A stretch of DNA of 55,850 nucleotides from an uncultured bacterium. Its GTDB lineage: Bacteria; Omnitrophota; Omnitrophia; JAHJGZ01. Below are positions 19,318-28,320 of this stretch, piece by piece. Position 1 is the first letter of the stretch. Every line of letters starts with the position of its first letter. Under the pieces are notes generated by a model. It had not been told where the DNA came from, made no database searches, and saw nothing but the letters and a program-made list of their open reading frames with translations. Position numbers and translations under genes: made by a program. The stretch covers positions 1-55,850 of the forward strand of contig CAZLCT010000003.1 in the NCBI GenBank assembly GCA_964558015.1, given 5' to 3'.

Positions 19318-19917
19318 ATGAAATTAAGCAATAAGCGAGGAGGTATATTAACTGTTATTATCATCCTACTTTGGCTTATGTTATTTTTTGTTATTATGGT
19401 TGCCTTTTTTTCATATAAAGCCGGGTATTTAAGATTTGAAATTGGTTTGCAGGAGGGGGAAGAAAAAATAGTTGATTCAAATACAGTAGCTCGGTTAGAG
19501 AAGAAAGAAGAACTATTAAATGGGCGTGAGGAGAAATTAAAAGAAAGAGAGAAACAATTTCAGAATATAATAACTCAAATAAATATTGAAAAACAAAAAA
19601 TTGAAAAGGAACAAAAAGAAGTCAGCGCTGATTTACAGAAAATATCATCATATTTTGAACAATTTTCCGAAGATAAGGAAAAAAGTTATAAGGATCTTGC
19701 AAGAGTGTATGAAGCAATGAAGCCAACTCAGGTAGCTGTTATTTTTAGTGAACTGGAAATACAAACGGTAGGTGAACTACTGAGAAGAATGAAAAAAAGG
19801 GCATCGGCTAAAATATTGGGTGAAATAGGTTCTCAAAATGCTAATAGAGCTGCTGAAATAAGTCGGTATATTCAAGGGGAAGATAAGAAAGAAGCTTTTA
19901 TGAAAGCAGTACAATAG
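19318..19917 (+). CDS. YlxF / FlbB / MotE-like membrane protein with MgtE_N-like C-terminal domain
   Basis: N-terminal TM (ILTVIIILLWLMLFFVIMVAFF), a coiled coil, and C-terminal YEAMKPTQVAVIFSELEIQTVGELLRRMKKRASAKILGEI. It occupies the same slot as ylxF (Bacillus) and flbB (Borrelia). Confidence 0.7.
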   Translation: MKLSNKRGGILTVIIILLWLMLFFVIMVAFFSYKAGYLRFEIGLQEGEEKIVDSNTVARLEKKEELLNGREEKLKEREKQFQNIITQINIEKQKIEKEQKEVSADLQKISSYFEQFSEDKEKSYKDLARVYEAMKPTQVAVIFSELEIQTVGELLRRMKKRASAKILGEIGSQNANRAAEISRYIQGEDKKEAFMKAVQ

Positions 19918-19975
19918 TATTTAAATTTTTGTATTTATTCTAACAAGTACGAATAGTATTAATAATTACATAAAA

Positions 19976-20542
19976 ATGTTTAGAAAGTTATATATTATTT
20001 TTTTTATAGGTTTTTTATGTATCGGAATTATTATTAATAAGGTTTTTTCTGCTGATAGTAAAGAAAGTGACAGGGGAGGATATATTATTACATATCCTTC
20101 TATTGATTCAGAGGAATTTGTTGCTGAGGATAAAAAAAACGAAAACATGTATGATTCTTTTGATGCGACTAAGGGCACGGAATTGTTATTTAAGGATGAG
20201 GCTTTAAAAGATGAAAATTCTTTAGCTGTTAAAGACCAGATGATTGCCTCTTTGAAAAAGCGTTTAGAGATAAAGAGTAAGAAGATAAATATTTTAGAGA
20301 AGAGGTTAATACGGGTTACACAAAATTTAAAGGAAAGGGAAACTGAACTTTTTATGATGCAGCCACATAAGAAATCAGTGGTGTATGAAGTAAAACGAGG
20401 TGATAGTTTGTGGAAGATAGCTGCACGTAAGAGTACATATAGTAATCCATATATGTGGATTAAAATATATAATTCAAATATGACAAAAATACAGGACCCC
20501 AATTTAATATATCCGGGTCAGCTCTTTGACATACCAAAATAA
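19976..20542 (+). CDS. secreted coiled-coil protein with C-terminal LysM peptidoglycan-binding domain
   Basis: Signal-like N-terminus. C-terminal YEVKRGDSLWKIAARKSTYSNPYMWIKIYNSNMTKIQDPNLIYPGQLFDIP is a LysM motif. The 178-aa antisense ORF is a shadow. Confidence 0.8.
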   Translation: MFRKLYIIFFIGFLCIGIIINKVFSADSKESDRGGYIITYPSIDSEEFVAEDKKNENMYDSFDATKGTELLFKDEALKDENSLAVKDQMIASLKKRLEIKSKKINILEKRLIRVTQNLKERETELFMMQPHKKSVVYEVKRGDSLWKIAARKSTYSNPYMWIKIYNSNMTKIQDPNLIYPGQLFDIPK

Positions 20543-20774
20543 GGATACAAATAACCGCTATAGAAAATGTGATGAGAATTTAGCGGTAATTTGGGTTGAA
20601 ATAAATCATCTAGGGATAATAAAGGATTATGATGGGTTATAACGGATTATAGACCAGTCCCTTATAATCCTCATTTCCTCCTGTTATTTCTATTTAATAT
20701 ATAGATTTGCTCAGAACTTTTAAATTAAAAATTCTGAGGTTTCAAAAATATTTAAAAGAAAGGAGGTGAGGATA

Positions 20775-22394
20775 ATGGATGAGACATTTCAAACACTCAT
20801 GCCACTTGAGAATAGTGCATCTGTTTATTCGATTGTGTATCCTGGAGGGGTAACTTCAATCGAAGGGCAAGGAAGCTCTCAGGGTGAGGTTGATTTTCTT
20901 CAATTTTTACTTGCCCAGATGACTACAACATTAGATACAAATGACCAATCTGTATTTCAGGGGTTAATTCCCTTTCAACTTCCAGTTAATGCAGACCAAG
21001 AAGGCGGTAAAGGGGATTCACAAAATACAGGTGAAACAAACGCTGGTTCCTTTAACGGAACGATGCCAATCTTAAATTTTTTAGGTGAGCAGGGATATAT
21101 TTTCCCCGGTTCCGAACTTTTGCAACAACAAGTACATAATGGGGAAAGTGAGGCGGCAGTAAATCTGTTTGAAGATAACTTGTTTGTTGGTCAGGGTAAT
21201 AATTTGAGTTCTGAGAATAACCAGGTTGAGGATGTTACTTTTACCGCAAATGTATCTAATGCTTCCGTAGTAGAAAATACGGATGGTGAAGGAGCTCAGG
21301 ATAATTTCTTTTCTAACGTATCTTCGAAGTTATCGTTTTCAGATGTTGCAACAATGGAGAATGAATCTGAAAAGATTGTTGATGGGAAGACGGTTGTACA
21401 AAATGAATCTTCATCTGATATAGGCATTTTGGTTGAAAACAAAATCAGAGGAAGTGGGGAATCTATAATTGAGTCAGTCCTGAATCATGCTGAAAATGAA
21501 ATGATGGAAAGTGATAATCTGTCATTGAAACAAAGAGTAGATTTAAAGAATCTGGATTTTGTTCAGTTGATGAGGGAAGATTATTTTAGACAACCTGATG
21601 AAAATATTGTTCTTAACGGGTCCCATCAGGAGAGCGCTCAAATATTAGATTATATTCAGAATACAGAAGAAAATTTTAAAATGAATATAAATCTAATGGA
21701 TTCCTATAGTACTTCATCTGATTTATTAAATGATGCAGCATTGCAACAAGGTGATAACTTAGAATCAAATTTTTCTTTCAATTATGAGCAATCTTCTTTT
21801 CACGATGCTAAAGATATGATTAATTCAAACGACTTAGGTGACTTAGAAGGGAGTGACAAGTCTCAACAGGTGCAGATGAGCGAAGACGATATTAAGTTTC
21901 AGTCTGCTCTTGAAGGGCGAATTCATCAGGCACAGGAAGCACAGTCAATTGCACAGCAAATTATTAAATTTGCTAGTTTGCGTTCAGGAGATAATTTTAG
22001 TGAAGTGAAAATAAGTCTTGAACCGGAATATTTAGGTAATCTGCGGTTGAATATAATGGTTGAAGATGATGCAGTTTTCGCTAAATTTATTGCTGATAAC
22101 CAATATACGCGTGATCTTTTGTCTAATAATTTAGCTGTGCTGAAAGATTCCTTAGAGAGTAGTGGAATTAAGCTAGATGATATCGAAGTCTCTATGGAGG
22201 AAAGAAACGAAGGATTTGATTCTTTCCAATATAATAGTGATGCAACAGGTGATAATACATCAGAATCAGATGAGAAGTTTCAAAAACACTATAATAGTAT
22301 TTATGAGTATGAGGAGATTCTTGAAAATAGCCAGATGAATATGCCATCAGTATCTAGTGTGACTGACGGGTACCATGTGAATTATTTGGCTTAG
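20775..22394 (+). CDS. fliK: flagellar hook-length control protein FliK
   Basis: Acidic, low-complexity N-terminal two-thirds. C-terminal Flg_hook-like EVKISLEPEYLGNLRLNIMVEDDAVFAKFIADN. ATG 20775 with AAGGAGG 8 nt upstream is preferred over the track GTG 20766. Confidence 0.85.
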   Translation: MDETFQTLMPLENSASVYSIVYPGGVTSIEGQGSSQGEVDFLQFLLAQMTTTLDTNDQSVFQGLIPFQLPVNADQEGGKGDSQNTGETNAGSFNGTMPILNFLGEQGYIFPGSELLQQQVHNGESEAAVNLFEDNLFVGQGNNLSSENNQVEDVTFTANVSNASVVENTDGEGAQDNFFSNVSSKLSFSDVATMENESEKIVDGKTVVQNESSSDIGILVENKIRGSGESIIESVLNHAENEMMESDNLSLKQRVDLKNLDFVQLMREDYFRQPDENIVLNGSHQESAQILDYIQNTEENFKMNINLMDSYSTSSDLLNDAALQQGDNLESNFSFNYEQSSFHDAKDMINSNDLGDLEGSDKSQQVQMSEDDIKFQSALEGRIHQAQEAQSIAQQIIKFASLRSGDNFSEVKISLEPEYLGNLRLNIMVEDDAVFAKFIADNQYTRDLLSNNLAVLKDSLESSGIKLDDIEVSMEERNEGFDSFQYNSDATGDNTSESDEKFQKHYNSIYEYEEILENSQMNMPSVSSVTDGYHVNYLA

Positions 22395-22436
22395 TGGTAT
22401 ATGTAGCAGAAATATGCTAAGAAAGGAGGTGAATAT

Positions 22437-23135
22437 ATGAGCATAACTCAAATTGATTCATCAGCTGCTAGTTTACCCGAAGTAGTCCAAGACGGTGCCA
22501 ACAGTGAGATGGATAAGATGGCATTTCTTGAACTCTTAACTGTTCAGTTGGCTAATCAGGACCCATTGGATCCAATGGATAGTGATACTATGGTACAGCA
22601 ACAAGTAATGTATGCAGAGCTTGAACAGTTAATGAATTTGAATGATACTATGAGCGAATTTGTCACTGCTCAGGAGGATACACTGCTCGGTATTGCAAGT
22701 GTTTTTAATACACTTGAGAGTGCAAGCTTCTTGGGAAAAGAGGTATCATTTTTTACCGATGAAGTTATTGTTAATGAGCAGGGTGAATATACGCCATTAT
22801 TTTACGACCTGACACAAGATGCACTTGTTGGTTATACCGTAGAAGATGAAAACGGAAATACTATTAAGGTGGTTGGATCACAAGAGGTTGAAGCTGGCGA
22901 TGGTATTTCTGTTGGCTGGGACGGTACTGATGCCAGTGGTAATCAGGTTCAGGCGGGTAACTACACTGTTACATTAAATGTATTGAACGGAAGTACTAAT
23001 GAAGCTATGTCAGGAAAGACATATGGTAATGTGCGAGTTAGTGCTATAGATTTCCGTGAAGGAACACCTGTTCTAACGCTGATTGATGGACGTAAGATAA
23101 GTGTTTCAGAAATATTAGCATTAGTAGAACCATAG
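22437..23135 (+). CDS. flgD: flagellar hook capping/assembly protein FlgD
   Basis: FLELLTVQLANQDPLDPMD motif and a C-terminal Ig-like FlgD domain (GNQVQAGNYTVTL). Confidence 0.93.
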   Translation: MSITQIDSSAASLPEVVQDGANSEMDKMAFLELLTVQLANQDPLDPMDSDTMVQQQVMYAELEQLMNLNDTMSEFVTAQEDTLLGIASVFNTLESASFLGKEVSFFTDEVIVNEQGEYTPLFYDLTQDALVGYTVEDENGNTIKVVGSQEVEAGDGISVGWDGTDASGNQVQAGNYTVTLNVLNGSTNEAMSGKTYGNVRVSAIDFREGTPVLTLIDGRKISVSEILALVEP

Positions 23136-23148
23136 GAGAATGAATAAA

Positions 23149-23556
23149 ATGGGAGAAAAAATTGCTTTTATTCCACAACAGCCCATACTTCCTATTTCTG
23201 AGCATGGAAAAATTAATAAACGAAAAAATATATCATCGGATGGTGGGAATAAAGATTATGTAGAATTTTCTGATGTTCTTAAAGAAAAGATAGATGAAGA
23301 AAACAAGATTACATTTTCCCATCATGCACAACAGCGTCTTAGAATGAGGAATATTCAATTGAGTTCGCAGCAGATGGAAAGAATTACCAATGCAATTGAT
23401 AGGGCTGCTAATAAGGGTGCCCGAGATTCACTTCTTTTGGTAGATAATATTGCAACTGTGGTAAGTGTTGAAAATCGTACCGTTATAACAGTAGTTGAAG
23501 GAGATTCTTTAAAAGATAATGTTTTTACAAACATTGATAGTGCAGTTATAGCATAA
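23149..23556 (+). CDS. flagellar operon protein of the TIGR02530-like family (found between flgD and flgE in Firmicutes/Thermotogae-type loci)
   Basis: ITFSHHAQQRLRMRNIQLSSQQMERITNAIDRAANKGARDSLLLVDNIATVVSVENRTVITVV matches my memory of that family. ATG 23149 has better spacing from AGGAG (23134-38) than ATG 23140. Confidence 0.65.
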   Translation: MGEKIAFIPQQPILPISEHGKINKRKNISSDGGNKDYVEFSDVLKEKIDEENKITFSHHAQQRLRMRNIQLSSQQMERITNAIDRAANKGARDSLLLVDNIATVVSVENRTVITVVEGDSLKDNVFTNIDSAVIA

Positions 23557-23661
23557 CGGTACAAGAGGCTGGACCTCTTAGGAGGAAGCCTCCTTTAGAC
23601 TGCTGAATGATTGATGCAGTCTTATTTCAAGGATGAAAACAAATAACAAGGAGGTTTAAAT

Positions 23662-25377
23662 ATGAGTAGAGCGTTATATGCAGGTGTAACAGGGCTTCAG
23701 GCAAATGCCTTTAAGCTCGATGTGATCGGTAATAACGTTGCTAATCTTAATACAACCGGGTTTAAGGCAGATCGTGCTCTTTTTGGAGATTTATTATCTC
23801 AAACTATATCAGGTGGTACTGCAGCTATATCTGGTGGCACAGCAGGTATCAATCCAATGCAAATTGGTACTGGTGTAAAAATATTGGGTATTGATACTGA
23901 TTTTACTCAAGGTGCATTTTTAACGACCGGAAGTGTGACAGATATAGCAATATCAGGTAGTGGTTTTTTTATTCTCAACAATGGAACTACAACTCAGTAT
24001 ACACGAGATGGTGCGTTTGCAATAGATAATGACGGCTCTTTGGTAAGTCCTTTTACAGGATTCCGTATTCAGGGATGGCAAGGTGTTGACGGAGTGATTA
24101 CGACAACCGGTACTATTGGTGACATACAGATTCCTTTAGGTAGTTCAACAGTTGCCAATGCAACTTCATCTGTGACGTTAGTTGGTAATTTAGATTCATC
24201 AAGTACAACAGATGGTGTCGGTACTACCGCGTTTTCGGGAACTATGTATGCCGCTGGTGCAGTAGCTGATTCGAGTACACTCCTAACAGCTTTGGAAGAT
24301 GACCTACTCGGAACAAATAGTTTGAATCTGGAGAACGGGGATTATTTAACGATTAGTGCATCAAAAGGATCCGGAGCAGTTACAACGCGCACCTTTACTG
24401 TTGGCACGACCGGAACTACGTTAGGTGATTTAGCAACATTTATGCAGCATGCTTATGGAATTATGACTGATAGTAACACTGCTGCAACTGAGGGTGTGAC
24501 AATATCCGGAGGGCAGATAGCAATACAGGGAAATATTGGAACGGCAAATGCCATTACTGCTATTACCATCTCTGGGACTGATGCTGGTGGTGCACTAGTA
24601 TTGGATAATTCGGTATTTAATCAATTTTTTGGAACAGACCCGATTAATGGTTTTTCTGAAACGGGTGCTGCAGCAGGGGAGTCATCATTTACACAAATAC
24701 TTGCTTATGATTCACTAGGTGTTAGTCATGCAATTGATGTTATTTATGCCCGTGCTGATGCTGATCAGAATATATGGAGTTTTTTTGCGGTAGGTGATGA
24801 TAATTTCCTAGCTGGCACACGCGGCACGGCAGTATTATCGACTGCAGGACAAATGCAGTTTACTTCAGAAGGTGCCGTACAGTCATTTACAGGAAACCAG
24901 ATTTCTATGAACCTTCAGACTGGTGCAACAACGCCGCTTCAGATTACTGTTACAGGGGATGATATTACTCAGTTTGGAACATCGTCTGATATTAATTTGC
25001 AGACACAGGATGGTTTTCCTCCGGGTGTTCTTGAATCTTTTACTATAGCAGCAACTGGAGTTGTTACTGGAATTTTTTCAAACGGGTTGACCCAGGATGT
25101 TGCACAAATTGCTTTAGCAAAATTTACTAATGACGATGGATTGCTGAAAGTTGGAGATAATCTCTTCACACCCGGTACAAATTCGGGTACACCATCTGTA
25201 GGAACTCCTGGAACCGGTGGTCGTGGTGATCTCAGCAGTGGATTTTTGGAACAATCAAACGTTGATTTGGCTAAGCAGTTTAGTGATTTAATCATCACCC
25301 AGAGGGCGTATCAAGCGAGTGCAAGAACTATAACGGCAGCAGATGCCTTGTTGGCAGAAGCTGTTAATCTTGTATAA
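23662..25377 (+). CDS. flgE: flagellar hook protein FlgE (571 aa, with T/G/S/A-rich central insertion)
   Basis: N-terminal ALYAGVTGLQANAFKLDVIGNNVANLNTTGFK. C-terminal FLEQSNVDLAKQFSDLIITQRAYQASARTITAADALL. Strong RBS aaggagg. Confidence 0.95.
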   Translation: MSRALYAGVTGLQANAFKLDVIGNNVANLNTTGFKADRALFGDLLSQTISGGTAAISGGTAGINPMQIGTGVKILGIDTDFTQGAFLTTGSVTDIAISGSGFFILNNGTTTQYTRDGAFAIDNDGSLVSPFTGFRIQGWQGVDGVITTTGTIGDIQIPLGSSTVANATSSVTLVGNLDSSSTTDGVGTTAFSGTMYAAGAVADSSTLLTALEDDLLGTNSLNLENGDYLTISASKGSGAVTTRTFTVGTTGTTLGDLATFMQHAYGIMTDSNTAATEGVTISGGQIAIQGNIGTANAITAITISGTDAGGALVLDNSVFNQFFGTDPINGFSETGAAAGESSFTQILAYDSLGVSHAIDVIYARADADQNIWSFFAVGDDNFLAGTRGTAVLSTAGQMQFTSEGAVQSFTGNQISMNLQTGATTPLQITVTGDDITQFGTSSDINLQTQDGFPPGVLESFTIAATGVVTGIFSNGLTQDVAQIALAKFTNDDGLLKVGDNLFTPGTNSGTPSVGTPGTGGRGDLSSGFLEQSNVDLAKQFSDLIITQRAYQASARTITAADALLAEAVNLV

Positions 25378-25411
25378 TTAATTTTTTTAAATAGTTTTTG
25401 CATGTTCTTTT

Positions 25412-25465
25412 AAAGCGGGGCATGGTGAGAAGAAATTAACCGCACCATACCCCGCTTTATATTAA
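25412..25465 (+). terminator. intrinsic terminator-like hairpin downstream of flgE
   Basis: aaagcggggcatggtg (25412-27) pairs with caccataccccgcttt (25443-58): a 16-bp stem with one mismatch and a 15-nt loop, followed by tttatatt. Confidence 0.6.
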
Positions 25466-25482
25466 ATGGAAAGGTTATAACG

Positions 25483-28170
25483 ATGACTAGTTTTGATGTG
25501 AAGAAAAACTTTTATAAAGAGACATATGTTTTCTATTGTAATAGTATTTGTATGGATGGTGATTCATATAAGTATCATGGATTAGGCGGGTCAGAAAGTT
25601 CATTAATTTACATGGCACAAGAAATAGCACAGTGCGGGAAAAATGTAATTGTTTTTTGCAAAACCGAAAAGCCGGGATTTTATGATGGGGTTAGGTATGA
25701 ACGATTGGAAAAATTTACATCTTATATTCAATTTAATATTATTGATGTGTTTATTTCCGTCAGGTCCGTGGATGTTTTCTTGAATTCAATCAAGGCTAGA
25801 TTAAAGGTGCTTTGGTTACATGATGCAGCTGACCAGCCTCATTTAAGGTTTTTATGCGAGAGGAAAGTACAGGATAGTATAGATTATTATATAACAATTA
25901 GTGAGTGGCAGGCTCAAGGTCTTATAAAAAAGTTTGGAATTCCACGCGAGAGAATATTTTCTTCTAGGAATGGAATTAAGAAAAGCTATTATAAAATTTT
26001 AAGAGGTAGTCGCAGGAAACGGATTGTATATACATCAACCCCTTTTCGTGGACTAAAACTTTTATTAGAATTATTTCCCCATATACGTAAATGTGTTCCC
26101 GATGTTGAATTGTATGTATACTCCAGCATGGAGGTTTATGGCGTTTCTAGGGAAGAAGACCAAGATCGTTTTGGAGAGTTGTATAAGAGTTGTAATCAGC
26201 CGGGAATTAAGCTTGTGGGAACACTTCCTCAGAAACAGCTTGCCAGTGAACTTATGAAAGCAAAGGTTTTTGTTTATCCGAATATTTTTCCTGAGACATC
26301 ATGCATTGCAGCATTAGAAGCACAGGCTGCAGGGCTTCCTGCTGTTGCATCTAAACTTGGTGCACTTAAAGAAACTGTAATCAACAAAAAAACAGGATAT
26401 TTAATTGATGGTGAGGTAGACTCTGAAACGTTTAGGAAACAATTCGTTGATAATGTTGTAAAGTTATTGGAAGATGAAGAGCATTGGAGAATTTTAAGTG
26501 TTGCCTCGCGGGCAAGGGTTTTAAATGATTATTGCTGGAATTTTATTGCGCGTGAATGGATTTCATTTTTTGACTCCACTCAGCCAACCATTAGTTTATG
26601 TATGATTGCCAAAGATGAAGAAAAGTGGATAAAAAATTGTATAGAAAGTGTTAAGCCGATTGTTAATGAGATTATTGTAGTTGATACGGGGTCTACAGAT
26701 GATACCAAAAAGGTTGCCGAATCTCTAGGAGCAAGAGTTTATGATTTTAAATGGTGCGATGATTTTTCTCAGGCACGAAATTTTTCTATTAGTAAAGCAA
26801 AATCTGATTGGATTTTGATACTTGATGCTGATGAGGTTATAGGAAACCGTGATTTAGAGAAAGTGCGGCAATTGATTAATGTTTCCGATATATATGCTTA
26901 TCTTTTTTTCCAGAGGAGCTATTTGGATGATACGACGGTCGTAGGCTGGAAAGCTAACACTGGAGACTATCCGGAAGGAGAAGGATATAGCGGCTATTTT
27001 GATTCACCTCTTACCAGATTATTTAGAAACAATAATGGTTTTCGTTTTGAGGGGAAGGTTCATGAGTTGGTAGAATTTTCAATTTTAGGCCAAAAACGAA
27101 ATATTATTAAAACTAATATACCTATACATCATTATGGGAAAGTTAAGTCCCAGGATCATCTAGCGGATAAAGGAGCCTTGTATTTAGAAATCGGTAAAAT
27201 TAGAATTGAAGAAAACCCAACGGATCCTCGGGCTTATTATGATTTAGGGGCTCAATATTTTGAACTTAATCGTTTTTCTGAAGCAAAAGAATATTATAAA
27301 AAGGCAGTAAATTTAGATAAAAATTATTATCGTGCCTTATGCGATCTTGGCATGATATACGCAAAAGAAGGGAACTACGAAGAGGCTTTGCCTCTTCTTG
27401 AGAAAGTCAGGCTTATAAATCCCAATTATATTTCTAATTATGTTAGTTTGGGGATTGTATATAAATGTCTTGATAGAATAGATGATGCAATTGGAGTTCT
27501 TATGGAAGGACTTAAAGTAGATCCCCACAATGTGAATGCCTATAAAAATTTAGGGCTTATTTATTTTTCTCAAAATAGTAGTAAAGAAGCATTACAATGT
27601 TTTCGGAAAATGAAAAAACTGGATCCATCTATTAGTGTCAGTGGCGAGCATGCGGCAGCAAGTTATAAAGTAGGATTATCTTTGTTTGAAAATAAGGAGT
27701 TTATGAAGGCTAAAAAATATTTTGAAGAGGCTATAAAAGTATTACCGTCATATTCTTCTGCATATAATAACTTAGGAATTATTTATGTGAATAGCGGTGA
27801 TTATTCAAAAGCAGAGGAGATTTTTAAGAAAGTTATCGAACTAACAGAAATGGATTCAAAATCTCATAAAGAATGTGCATCAGCATATGTTAATCTGGGA
27901 TTCTTGTGTAATAATAAAGGGGAATTTAAGGAGGCATTAGATTATTTGGAGAAAGGATTAGAACTTGATACAACAAATCCAGAAATCTATAACCATATTG
28001 GTATTGCAAAATGCGGACTAGGATTATTATCTGATGGTATTAAATTTTTTGAGATGGCAATACGACTTCAGCCTGAACATAATGCAGCAAAAATTAATTT
28101 CAAACGTGTTAATGAGGTACTAATTCAGGAGAGAAATTATCAAGCTACGGCAAAAGCTAAAGAAAAATAG
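25483..28170 (+). CDS. three-module glycosyltransferase: GT4-like N-terminal domain, GT2 (GT-A) central domain, C-terminal TPR array (895 aa)
   Basis: GT4-like: GGSESSLIYMAQEIAQCGKNV... and PETSCIAALEAQAAGLPAVASKLGALKETV. GT2: ISLCMIAKDEEKWIKNCIESV...VVDTGSTDDT...ILILDADEV. At least six TPRs from about residue 590. Confidence 0.85.
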   Translation: MTSFDVKKNFYKETYVFYCNSICMDGDSYKYHGLGGSESSLIYMAQEIAQCGKNVIVFCKTEKPGFYDGVRYERLEKFTSYIQFNIIDVFISVRSVDVFLNSIKARLKVLWLHDAADQPHLRFLCERKVQDSIDYYITISEWQAQGLIKKFGIPRERIFSSRNGIKKSYYKILRGSRRKRIVYTSTPFRGLKLLLELFPHIRKCVPDVELYVYSSMEVYGVSREEDQDRFGELYKSCNQPGIKLVGTLPQKQLASELMKAKVFVYPNIFPETSCIAALEAQAAGLPAVASKLGALKETVINKKTGYLIDGEVDSETFRKQFVDNVVKLLEDEEHWRILSVASRARVLNDYCWNFIAREWISFFDSTQPTISLCMIAKDEEKWIKNCIESVKPIVNEIIVVDTGSTDDTKKVAESLGARVYDFKWCDDFSQARNFSISKAKSDWILILDADEVIGNRDLEKVRQLINVSDIYAYLFFQRSYLDDTTVVGWKANTGDYPEGEGYSGYFDSPLTRLFRNNNGFRFEGKVHELVEFSILGQKRNIIKTNIPIHHYGKVKSQDHLADKGALYLEIGKIRIEENPTDPRAYYDLGAQYFELNRFSEAKEYYKKAVNLDKNYYRALCDLGMIYAKEGNYEEALPLLEKVRLINPNYISNYVSLGIVYKCLDRIDDAIGVLMEGLKVDPHNVNAYKNLGLIYFSQNSSKEALQCFRKMKKLDPSISVSGEHAAASYKVGLSLFENKEFMKAKKYFEEAIKVLPSYSSAYNNLGIIYVNSGDYSKAEEIFKKVIELTEMDSKSHKECASAYVNLGFLCNNKGEFKEALDYLEKGLELDTTNPEIYNHIGIAKCGLGLLSDGIKFFEMAIRLQPEHNAAKINFKRVNEVLIQERNYQATAKAKEK

Positions 28171-28320
28171 ATTTTAAAAAAAATAAGTAAAATATGACAA
28201 TTAAGCAGTTTACCATATTGGTTACTATTACGGCAGAGATTTTAATGAATGTAAATAAATACTTTAAACCATAATACGAAAGAGGCTTCGGAACTATAAT
28301 CCTAACTCAAGGGGAAGGAT

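Noticed and set aside
19966-20502. 178-aa ORF on the - strand
   Set aside because: It is exactly antisense to the LysM-protein gene. Its sequence is low-complexity and hydrophobic with no motif, so it is a shadow ORF. The same logic applies to 29148-29552 (-), 30297-30761 (-), 1525-1894 (-) and the other short antisense ORFs inside well-supported genes.
24813-24830. TGGCAC hexamers inside coding sequence (for example 24813-18 in flgE and 1038-43 in the first gene) as sigma54 promoters
   Set aside because: There is no TTGC at the required N5 spacing, and they are located deep inside ORFs.
28171-28320. Search for sigma70, sigma54 or sigma28 promoter elements upstream of motA
   Set aside because: Only poor partial matches were found (for example tggtta...acggc with wrong spacing), so nothing is reported.
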